Part shown: piece by piece, positions 38,466-47,148 of the stretch
How positions within the stretch are numbered: position 1 is the stretch's first letter
Layout: every line of letters begins with the position of its first letter
Assembly (NCBI GenBank): GCA_963762045.1
Contig: CAVXJA010000006.1
Location: 44,465 to 108,464 of the forward strand
DNA: 64,000 bases
From: an uncultured Alphaproteobacteria bacterium
Lineage (GTDB): Bacteria > Pseudomonadota > Alphaproteobacteria > Rickettsiales > Rickettsiaceae
Reading direction: 5' to 3'
The notes under the pieces: model-generated
What the model saw: the letters and a program-made list of their open reading frames with translations, nothing else
The model's database searches: none
Told to the model about the DNA's origin: nothing
Translations under genes and position numbers: made by a program

Positions 38466-39053
38466 ATGGAGAATAACATGGAGAATATAAAAATTTCTGG
38501 GCAAGCTATAAATATAGGTCAATCACTACAACAACATGTTAGTGAAAGAGTGAATGAAATTACTCATAAATATTTTGAAAAATTATCTGGTGGTTCAGTA
38601 AATTTTGTAAAAACTGGCCCTTATTTTCAGTGCGACATTTTGCTAAATGATGCTACAGGACGCCATACATTGCTCAAGGGTGGTTGCAAAGCAGAAGATA
38701 TTTATCAAGCTTTTGATTCAGCGCTTAGCAAAATCGCCAAACAACTTAGAAAATATAAGTCAAAATTAAAAGATAGACATAATAAAGTTAAGCTAAGTGA
38801 AACATCGCCTAGTGCAATGAAATATATCATAAGCAGCAACAAGGATTCAATCGATCAAGAATTTGATACAGATAACCCTGTTATCATAGCTGAAAAAGCT
38901 ACTGAAATTCTTTCCCTTAGCGTTGGTGATGCTGTTATGCATATGGATATGCTTAATTTACCAACTCTAATGTTTGAAAATATAAAAACTGGTCGTATTA
39001 ATGTTGTGTATTATCGTAAGGATGGTAATATTTCTTGGGTGGATTCGAAATAA
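38466..39053 (+). CDS. hpf: ribosome hibernation promoting factor, long form (sigma54-modulation protein family)
   Basis: 195 aa. The N-terminal S30AE/YfiA-like region is IKISGQAINIGQSLQQHVSERV...KLRKYKSKL and a C-terminal dimerisation extension is present. Confidence 0.75.
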   Translation: MENNMENIKISGQAINIGQSLQQHVSERVNEITHKYFEKLSGGSVNFVKTGPYFQCDILLNDATGRHTLLKGGCKAEDIYQAFDSALSKIAKQLRKYKSKLKDRHNKVKLSETSPSAMKYIISSNKDSIDQEFDTDNPVIIAEKATEILSLSVGDAVMHMDMLNLPTLMFENIKTGRINVVYYRKDGNISWVDSK

Positions 39054-39119
39054 TATTTCTGTTAAAGCATTAAATTATGTAGTAATATTAATAGTAACTG
39101 CAATAAAATATATATATAT

Positions 39120-40499
39120 ATGAAGTTAAAACATTACCAGAGCCTAAATATTGGGATATTTGGCCTTGGCATTAGTGGTATTTCTACTTACAAATTCTTA
39201 AAAAAATCCTGCAAAAAAGTTATCTGCTTCGATGATGCTGAGCATAATAGACAGAATTTTAAGGATAAATTTGACCAGCTTGATCTTGTTGAAATAGCGC
39301 ATGATGATTGGAAAAATTTAGATAAGATAGTAATAAGTCCAGGGGTTCCGCATGAGCATCCAGTTTTTAAAATAGCTGCTGAAAATGATACTCAGATTTC
39401 ATCTGATATAGAAATTTTTATGCAAATCAATGCGGAAGCTGAATTCATACTTATTACAGGCACTAATGGCAAAAGCACTACTTCATCTTTGATATATCAT
39501 ATATTAAATTGTAATGAATTGAATTATGAGCTTGGTGGAAATATTGGCGTGCCTGTGTTTGATCTAAATATGGGCGCGAAGGGTTATGTTCTTGAACTTT
39601 CTTCATTTCAAATTGATTTACTAGGTAAAATTAATGCTAAAATTTCAATTTTGCTTAATATATCACCTGATCATCTCGATAGGCATAAGACTTTTGAAGA
39701 ATATGTAAGGGTAAAGAAAAAGATTTTATCTCATAATAATTACAAGATTATTGGACTTGATAACCCTACTACTTGTGAAATTTATAAGAAAAATGTGCAT
39801 GATAAAGATAAAAATATTGGATTTTCTACCCATACATCTGGCCAAAATATAGTAACATATGATGCCAAATCCGCACTTATTAAAGGTAATATCAAAGATG
39901 ATTTTTTTGAAGCACAATTAAACCAACCTAAATCCTTGCATGGAATGCATAATGCTGAAAACATACTAGCTGCATACGCCGCATGCCGTTTGCTGCAAGT
40001 TGAGCATAAGGATATTCTTAGCTCAATTTCAAGTTTTAAGGCATTACCTTATAGAAATCAGTTTGAAAAGAAAATTAACAATATTAACTTCTATAATGAT
40101 AGCAAAGCTACAAATACCGCAGCCGCTATCCTTACTGCAAGTTCATTTGATAATCTCTATTGGCTTATTGGTGGAGCATTTAAAGAAAATGATTTTAATA
40201 TTCCAGAAGATCAAATAGATAGAATAAAGTTCATATGTTTTTACGGGCAAGATGGTGGAAAAGTTAAAGATATGATTAAAGAAAATTTAAAAGATAATAT
40301 GCCTGAATATGGCATATTTAATGATCTAGCAGAATCTGTAAATGAAGCTTTTTCAAGAGCGAATCAAGCAATGGAAAAATCTAAAACTAAAGAGGAATAT
40401 ACTATTTTACTAGCTCCTGCATGCACCTCTTATGATCAATATAATAATTATTTGGAGCGCGGTAAGGATTTTACAAATATAGTCGCAAAGTTAAAGTAA
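39120..40499 (+). CDS. murD: UDP-N-acetylmuramoylalanine--D-glutamate ligase
   Basis: 459 aa with the Mur ligase P-loop ITGTNGKSTT and DHLDRH. It is followed by ftsW, as in dcw clusters. Confidence 0.9.
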   Translation: MKLKHYQSLNIGIFGLGISGISTYKFLKKSCKKVICFDDAEHNRQNFKDKFDQLDLVEIAHDDWKNLDKIVISPGVPHEHPVFKIAAENDTQISSDIEIFMQINAEAEFILITGTNGKSTTSSLIYHILNCNELNYELGGNIGVPVFDLNMGAKGYVLELSSFQIDLLGKINAKISILLNISPDHLDRHKTFEEYVRVKKKILSHNNYKIIGLDNPTTCEIYKKNVHDKDKNIGFSTHTSGQNIVTYDAKSALIKGNIKDDFFEAQLNQPKSLHGMHNAENILAAYAACRLLQVEHKDILSSISSFKALPYRNQFEKKINNINFYNDSKATNTAAAILTASSFDNLYWLIGGAFKENDFNIPEDQIDRIKFICFYGQDGGKVKDMIKENLKDNMPEYGIFNDLAESVNEAFSRANQAMEKSKTKEEYTILLAPACTSYDQYNNYLERGKDFTNIVAKLK

Positions 40500-40516
40500 T
40501 ATATTTATATAGCAAT

Positions 40517-41638
40517 ATGTATTTACAAAATAAACCAAATTTTTTTCTAAAATGGTGGAGGGGCGTTGATCAGTCGTTATTAATCGCTGTATTGATATTA
40601 TTCTCATTCAGCCTTATGCTTGTGGCGGCTTCGAGCTCAAGCGTTGCAAACCGCATTGGCCTTACCGATAATTATTTTTCTATAAGACAATTAGTTTATA
40701 TATTAGCTTCATGCTTAATTATATTAATATGCTCGAATCTTTCAAAATTAACGATTAAGCGACTTGCAATCATAGGATTATTCATAAACTTACTTTCTCT
40801 AATTTTACTTAAATTTTATGGATATGAGGTTAAAGGCGCAATAAGATGGATGAGCATTTATGGCTTTTCCTATCAGCCTTCTGAATTCACTAAGCCATTG
40901 CTTGCTATAGTGATTGGGTGGATTTTGTCATTAAAGAGAGATTCGGACTTTCCGGGATTCACGCTAGCTTTTGCGTTATATAGCATATTTGCGATATTAC
41001 TCATCATGCAGCCTGACTTTGGTATGCTTATTGTTATTACTGGCATATTCATTATTCAATTATTCATCGCAGGACTACCATTAATCTGGGGTTTTATTGC
41101 AATCCTTGCAGCATCGCTTGGCATATTTTGCGCCTATATTTTCTTGCCTCATGTTACGTCAAGAATTAACAATTTTTTAGATCCGGCAAACAGTGAAAAT
41201 TATCAAATAAGTAAGGCAATGCTAGCTTTTAGTGAAGGTGGATTATACGGCAAAGGCCCAGGCGAAGGGGTGGTTAAGCAACATCTGCCCGATTCTCACA
41301 CCGATTTTATTTTTGCAGTTTCAGGGGAAGAATTTGGCGCTATCATAAGCTCCTTAGTTATAATAACGTTGGGTTATATTGTAATAAAATCATTAATTAA
41401 TATAAAAAACCTATCTAATAATTTTGCCAAGCTTGCAGCAGCTGGAATTATTGTGCAAATAGCTTTGCAATCAATAATAAATATTGGCGTGAATCTTAAC
41501 TTGCTTCCAACTAAAGGCATGACCCTACCCTTCATCAGCTATGGCGGTTCTTCAAGCATCGCACTTAGCATTGGCTTTGGCATGCTTATTGGATTAATGC
41601 GCAAAGAACATAAGATTATGTATATGGGAGTGGTATAG
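40517..41638 (+). CDS. ftsW: peptidoglycan glycosyltransferase FtsW (SEDS family)
   Basis: 373 aa, multi-pass, with the motifs PSEFTKP, PDSHTDFIFA and PTKGMTLPFISYGGSS. Confidence 0.85.
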   Translation: MYLQNKPNFFLKWWRGVDQSLLIAVLILFSFSLMLVAASSSSVANRIGLTDNYFSIRQLVYILASCLIILICSNLSKLTIKRLAIIGLFINLLSLILLKFYGYEVKGAIRWMSIYGFSYQPSEFTKPLLAIVIGWILSLKRDSDFPGFTLAFALYSIFAILLIMQPDFGMLIVITGIFIIQLFIAGLPLIWGFIAILAASLGIFCAYIFLPHVTSRINNFLDPANSENYQISKAMLAFSEGGLYGKGPGEGVVKQHLPDSHTDFIFAVSGEEFGAIISSLVIITLGYIVIKSLINIKNLSNNFAKLAAAGIIVQIALQSIINIGVNLNLLPTKGMTLPFISYGGSSSIALSIGFGMLIGLMRKEHKIMYMGVV

Positions 41639-41861
41639 TCAGTAACTTTTAGCTATTCAGCAAAGCGAGGGTCGCTTTTCGCGGGCCCTTATAGTTTGGG
41701 TTAAAGCACTATCTAGCTTCGCTCTATTGGTTGCGCGCATATGTATATGCAGCATCTGTTCTATTTGCGCCTGCGAGGGGCAAAAGCGAATTGACTATAG
41801 CCCTCTTTGGTTGTGAAGCTTGAGGTAAGCGCCCCCAAATCTTAAATACTAATTAACTATA
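41634..41861. repeat. two palindromic MITE-like elements (41634-41800, 41796-41861), the first overlapping the ftsW stop codon
   Basis: The first copy reads tatagtcagtaac...gcgaattgactatag and the second tatagccctc...ctaattaactata. The ftsW TAG (41636-41638) lies inside the TATAGTC terminus. Confidence 0.65.
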
Positions 41862-41896
41862 TAAAAACTTTTAAATTAAAAACATGGTTTAAAAAT

Positions 41897-42334
41897 ATGA
41901 TATTACAAAATAATAGGCCATTAGTTGGTGTGGGCGTTATCTTATTTAATGAATATGATGAAATCTTGCTCGGTGAACGTAAAAACTCTCATGGTAGTGG
42001 CACCTTTGCTCCACCAGGAGGGCATTTAGAATATGGCGAAAGCTTTGAAAAATGCGCTAGCAGAGAACTTAAGGAGGAAACTAATCTTACCATAACAAAC
42101 TTTACTTTTTTGGATATAACAAATAATATATTTGAGGAAAACAATAAGCATTATGTTACAATTTTTATGCAAAATCATATATCTAAAAATGCGGTTATAA
42201 CAAATATGGAGCCAGATAAAACTTCAGCTTGGCTTTGGTTTAATATTAATAATTTACCTAATAACTTATTTTTGCCACTTAAAAGCTTACTTATTCATAA
42301 TCCTGATATTTTACAAAATGCCCATAAGCTTTAA
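41897..42334 (+). CDS. NUDIX hydrolase
   Basis: 145 aa with the Nudix box GGHLEYGESFEKCASRELKEETNL (G.5E.7REUXEEXGU). Confidence 0.8.
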   Translation: MILQNNRPLVGVGVILFNEYDEILLGERKNSHGSGTFAPPGGHLEYGESFEKCASRELKEETNLTITNFTFLDITNNIFEENNKHYVTIFMQNHISKNAVITNMEPDKTSAWLWFNINNLPNNLFLPLKSLLIHNPDILQNAHKL

Positions 42335-43096
42335 GCCATAGTTAATTATCATTAGGAGTTTGATGTCCCGCGCAAACCCGGATAGATTATGTTGCAAGCG
42401 CCAATTAAGCGAAAGGAATGAGTTCATCTTCTCACCCTAAACAAATGCCATAATTAATTATCATTAGGAGTTTGGTGTCCCGCGCAAACCCGGATAGATT
42501 ATGTTGCAAGCGCCAATCAAGCGAAAGGAATGCGCGCCAAAAAACCTAGAAATAATTTCTATATATTTACGCCCTAAAGCGCGCGAAGCTAGCGCGCTCC
42601 TAATCAAAGCTCAATTTTATTTGCTTATAATAAAGCTCTCGCGAAGCTGAGCTCATTCTTAATCTTTGAATAGTTATTGACTATAGTCGAAAAGCGAACC
42701 AGGAGCGTAGCCTCTATAATAAAGGCGCGCGCGAAGCGGCGCTTGCCTCAAAGCTCAGTTTTTACTATGGTAAATTGCGCGAAGCTGGGTCACCCTTAAG
42801 CTTTGAATAGTTATTGACTATAGTCGAAAAGCGAACCAGGAGCGTAGCCTATATATTAAGGGCAAGCGCGAAGCGGCGCTCGCAACCTTATAATCTCTAA
42901 TAGTTATTAGATTATATGCGAAGATCCCTACGTACGCAGAGCCCGGAGCCTAAAGGACATAAAGTCATAAGAACTTCGCGCCTATGGATATAATAGGGAC
43001 TTCGCGCCTAAATACAATAAGCACATAGGAATTTCGCGCCTATAGATATAATAGTGACTTCGCACCTAGGAGCAACAAAGAACCTTTTAATATTAT
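42335..43096. repeat. 762-bp gene-free pile-up of palindromic elements and tandem duplications
   Basis: It contains an 86-bp direct repeat (42335-42420 / 42447-42532) and a ~115-bp direct repeat (42641-42756 / 42778-42888). It also has a 58-bp tandem with the acttcgcgcct core (42973-43067). Confidence 0.75.
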
Positions 43097-45163
43097 TTAC
43101 TCAGTATGCTCGCTTTGGTCACCTTCTCCTGCAGTATCCATTGTGTTTTCTGCATTAGCGATAGAAACATCGAGATTTCCTTGAGAATCATCAGGTTTTT
43201 GCACGCTTTTAGAATGATTAATACTGCTGCCATCTAAGGTAAATAAGTCTATAATATAAGGAAAAACACCCTTAGGTAATAAGCTAAATATATTTTCGTT
43301 ACTTTCATTTGAGGTTTGCGAGTTATTATTGTTACAATTAATATCCTTGGGTGCTAATTGCGAGTTATTATTGTTACAATTAATATCCTTGGGTGCTAAT
43401 TGCGAATTATTATTGTTACAATTAATATCTAATTGTTTACAAACACTATTAAAATGAAAATATTTAGCATGATAACTAGCAGTTAAATCCTTTCTAAAGT
43501 CTTGAAAAACCTTTATAAAGTCATCTAGCGCCAATTGTGGGTCTTTAGAAATAAATTGAGCTGGGCTTGGATGTTTAATGAAAAACTCTAAAAGATTTAC
43601 TTTACCGATAGGTTTAAAAGCATATTTACTTGTATCTTTTGGTTGATTTGCCGAGTTATTATATATTGCATCTTTTAGCCAAGGTTTAGTGGCTATGTCT
43701 ATTTTTTCATTATCATTTAGCTTTTCATATTGAGTAAATAATTCATTTATAAAATATTTGGTACTATCATATAAATGTTTATTGAATGCAGTTTTTTTAC
43801 CAGGCCCAGGCGCAGCATAAAAATGCAAAAGTAAAGCTTGCAAGTAAAAGTTGCTTTCAAGCGCTATTGCAAAATGCTGCGCTCCAGCGTCAGTAATTTC
43901 AGTACATAGAAGATTAAGGACTTGCAAAGCAAAGTTGGTTTTAAGTGCATCTGCTAAATATTCTCCTCCTGAATTACCTATTTGATTAAAATAAAAACTA
44001 AGCTCTTGCAAAGAAGTATTGCTTTTAAGGGCAGTTGCTATATTCTGCACTCCCGCATCCGTAATATTAGTGCATGCAAGGTCAAGCTTTTGTAAAGTAT
44101 TATTGATTCCCAGAGCTTCCGCTAAATATTGCGCTCCTAAATCGCTAATACTATTAGCCTTAAGATTAAGTATTTGCAAAGAAGTATTGCTTTTAAGGGC
44201 ATCGGTTAAATAATACAGTTTAGCACCAGTAATTTGGTTTTTCTCAAGATTAAGCTCTTGCAATGAATTATTGTTCTCAAGTGCTTTTCCTAAATGCTGC
44301 ACACCATTATCAGTAATTTGATTTTGACTAAGATTAAGCTCTTGCAATGAATTATTGCTTTTAAGGGCAGTTGCTATATCCTGCACTCCAGCATCAGTAA
44401 TTTGGTTACCTGAAACATTTAGTTTTTGCAAAGAAGTTTTGATTCTTAGAGATTCAAATAAAAACTTAACACCATCATCACCAATATTATTTGCTTCAAT
44501 ATTAAGCTCTTGCAAAGTTTTATTGCTTTCAAGTGCATTGGCTATATACTTAGCACCAACTTTAGTAATTTTATTTTCTCTAAGATCAAGCTTTTGCAAA
44601 GTAGTATTGGTTATTAGTGCTTTTTCTAAATTTAATATTCCTTCATCAGTAATTTGATTACCTGAAACATTTAGTTTTTGCAAAGAAGTATTGCTTTTTA
44701 GCGCTTCTACTATATGTTGCATGCCAATATCAGTAAATTGATTACGCGAAAGATTAAGACTTTGCAAAGTTTTATTAGTTCCCAAAGCTTCCGCTAAATA
44801 TTGCATTCCTACATCGCTAATACTACGAAGACCAAGGTCAAGCTCTTGCAAAGTTTTATTAGTTCCCAAAGCTTCCGCTAAATATTGCACTCCTACATCG
44901 CTAATACTACTACGACCAAGATCAAGACTTTGCAAAGTTTTATTAGTTCCCAAAGCTTCCGCTTAATATTGCACTCCTACATCGCTAATACTTTTAAAAT
45001 TAAGCAAAAGCTTTAGCAAAGAAGTATTGCTTTTTAGTGCTTCCGCTAAAATTTTAAAATTATTCTCATTTAAGTTTAAATTGAAAATCTCAAAGCCTAG
45101 CTCAGTCTCTACATTAGCTTTAACTGCCTCTAGTAGTTCTTGAAAAGTTCTACAATAAATCAT
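43097..45163 (-). pseudogene. RNI-type LRR paralog interrupted by a single in-frame TAA
   Basis: Track ORFs 44963-45163 and 43097-44953 are in the same frame. The sequence QY-TAA-AEALGTNKT occupies the position where the neighbouring repeats read QYLAEALGTNKT, a TTA to TAA change at 44963-44965. Confidence 0.8.
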
Positions 45164-45202
45164 ATAAATTTTATTTTGTGTGTTTTATAGTAAATTATAG
45201 GT

Positions 45203-45231
45203 ACTTTATATTAGTTATTAATAAAAAGCAA
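45203..45231 (-). promoter_or_regulatory. candidate promoter with the conserved TAGTTGCTTTT box
   Basis: In gene orientation it reads TTGCTT - 17 nt - TAAAGT. The box lies 61-71 bp upstream of the ATG. Confidence 0.3.
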
Positions 45232-45327
45232 CTAATTTATTATATATTATTCATAAAGCTTAATATTTTATAAATAATTAGGAAAATAAAGTTTATATGA
45301 ATTCAGCTACGTGCATTAAGCAAAAGC

Positions 45328-45480
45328 TATAGTTAATTGAGTATTAGAGGTTTGAGGGTCCTGCGCAAGGACGAATAGATTATGTTGCATACGCACCAAG
45401 TGAGCGAAAGGAATGCGCGCCAAGAACCTAGAAATAATTTCTATATATTTACACCCTAAAGCGCGCATGCGGCGCGCTCT
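45328..45480. repeat. variant palindromic element plus GC hairpin downstream of the LRR gene 45528-46796
   Basis: The element starts tatagttaattgagtattagaggtttgagggtcctgcgc. The hairpin is agcgcgc-atgcg-gcgcgct at 45460-45478. Related copies occur at 42447-42598, 46965-47119 and 49533-49650. Confidence 0.55.
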
Positions 45481-45527
45481 AGGAACAACAAAGAACCTTT
45501 TAATATTATTTACTCAGTCTGCTCGCT

Positions 45528-46796
45528 TTAATCCCCTTCTCCAGAAGCATCCATTGCATCCCCCGCATTATTCATAGAATCAGCGAGATTTCCTTCAGAA
45601 ACAGTAGGCTTTACTTGAGAATCAGCAGGCTTTACTTGAGAATCACCTTGCATTGCTGGAGCGGAATGATTAATGCCGCCACCGAAGATAACTAGTTCAA
45701 TTATCTTGTAAAGTATTTCAAGAGGGAATATGTTATATAAATTTTCATTACTTTCTTGCTCTGATTGCGAATTATTATTGTTACTATCAGTAACTTTTGG
45801 CGCTGATTGCTCTGCCACCGAATCGTCTCCACCTTTAAATGATTTACAAACTCTATTAAAATAAAAATAATTTGTTATATAGTTATTTTTTATAGAATTT
45901 GTAAAATCTTGAAAAATTTCTGTAAAATTATCTAGCGCTAATTGTGACTCTTTAGAAATAAATTGAGCCGGATTTGGATGTTTACAGAAAATTTCTAGAA
46001 ATTTTATTTTTGCACTAGGTTTAAAAATAGAGCTTGAATTATTATTATAATTAATATTTTGATCCTTATTAGCTTCTGTTTTAGTTAGCCATAACTCTCT
46101 AAATAGATCAATTTTTTCATCTGCATTTAGCTTTTCATATTTATCAAATAATTTATTTATAAAAGATTTAGTATTAATGTATAAATACTTATTAGATGCA
46201 GTTTTAAGCTTAATCTCTATAAGTGTCTCAGGCTTTATTTTATCATTAATATTATTAGATCGTGAAGCAATATTATTACTTTGAGCTGCTGGCATAATCT
46301 GCCACCCAGTATCAGTGAAATTATTATTTTGAGTTCCTATTATAGCCCCCTGCTCAACAATATCGCTTATATTATTTGTATAATTATTACTTGTAAGACT
46401 AAGCGCTTGCAAAGAAGTATTGCTTTTTAGAGCTTCTGCTAAATATCCAGCTCCAACCTCAGTAATATAACTATTATCATTCAGTAGTTGTGAAACCTTA
46501 TCATGATCATTATTTACTATTGCTTGCTGGAATACTAGATAACTTGAATTATTCTTAAGATTAAGCACTTGCAAGAAACTGTTTATTTTAAATGTTTCTA
46601 ACAAATACTGCGCTCCAGCATCAGTAATTTGATTTTTACCAAGGTTAAGTACTAGCAAAGAAGTATTACTTTTTAGTGCTTCTGCTAAAATTTTAACCTC
46701 ATATTTTTCTATTTTAAAAGCTGTGGCTTGCAGCGCTATTGCTTCATTAGCTTTAACTGCCCCTAGTAGTTCTTGAAAAGTTTCACAATAAATCAT
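45528..46796 (-). CDS. RNI-type LRR paralog with a degenerate, shortened repeat region
   Basis: 422 aa with the same N-cap (MIYCETFQELLGAVKAN) but only about 3 recognisable LRRs. It has the same C-terminal module, with a DSQVKPA tandem near the end. Confidence 0.8.
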   Translation of the reverse strand: MIYCETFQELLGAVKANEAIALQATAFKIEKYEVKILAEALKSNTSLLVLNLGKNQITDAGAQYLLETFKINSFLQVLNLKNNSSYLVFQQAIVNNDHDKVSQLLNDNSYITEVGAGYLAEALKSNTSLQALSLTSNNYTNNISDIVEQGAIIGTQNNNFTDTGWQIMPAAQSNNIASRSNNINDKIKPETLIEIKLKTASNKYLYINTKSFINKLFDKYEKLNADEKIDLFRELWLTKTEANKDQNINYNNNSSSIFKPSAKIKFLEIFCKHPNPAQFISKESQLALDNFTEIFQDFTNSIKNNYITNYFYFNRVCKSFKGGDDSVAEQSAPKVTDSNNNNSQSEQESNENLYNIFPLEILYKIIELVIFGGGINHSAPAMQGDSQVKPADSQVKPTVSEGNLADSMNNAGDAMDASGEGD

Positions 46797-46835
46797 ATAA
46801 ATCTCTTTTTTTGATGTTTTAAATAAATTATAGGC

Positions 46836-46864
46836 ACTTTATATGAATATTTCAGTAAAAGCAA
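46836..46864 (-). promoter_or_regulatory. candidate promoter with the conserved TAGTTGCTTTT box
   Basis: In gene orientation it reads TTGCTT - 17 nt - TAAAGT, at the same spacing to the ATG as the other cluster-2 genes. Confidence 0.3.
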
Positions 46865-46964
46865 CTATTATTTATTAAATTTTATAAATAGTACTTTATT
46901 TTTATTAATAGACAAAAAGTTACTATTAGAGAGAACTGGCTAAACTACTAGCTTTTATTAAGCG

Positions 46965-47119
46965 CTACAAGTTAATTATCATTAGAGCTTTGATGGCCAG
47001 CACAAACGCGGCTAGATTGAATGCTGCAAGCGCCAAGTAAGCGAAGAAATGCACTCCTAGAAAGCTTTAATATTAATTTATATATATTTGCGCCCTAAAG
47101 CGCGCATGCGGCGCGCTCT
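46965..47119. repeat. variant palindromic element plus GC hairpin downstream of the LRR gene 47149-49368
   Basis: The element reads acaagttaattatcattagagctttgatggccagc... The hairpin is agcgcgc-atgcg-gcgcgct at 47099-47117. Confidence 0.55.
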
Positions 47120-47148
47120 AGGAACAACAAAGAACCTTTTAATATTAT

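Noticed and set aside
42973-43067. CRISPR-like look: an 11-bp core (acttcgcgcct) repeated four times with 15-21 bp spacers
   Set aside because: The repeats are far too short. The supposed spacers are themselves repeated (tatggatataatag / tatagatataatag), so this is a 58-bp tandem duplication. No leader or cas genes are present.
45460-45478. The GC hairpins agcgcgc-atgcg-gcgcgct (also 47099-47117 and 42578-42598) as intrinsic terminators of the LRR genes
   Set aside because: The 7-bp stem is convincing, but in gene orientation it is followed only by TT(T)AGGG, not a U-tract. One copy is not behind a gene at all. They are therefore treated as part of the repeat element, with terminator function unproven.
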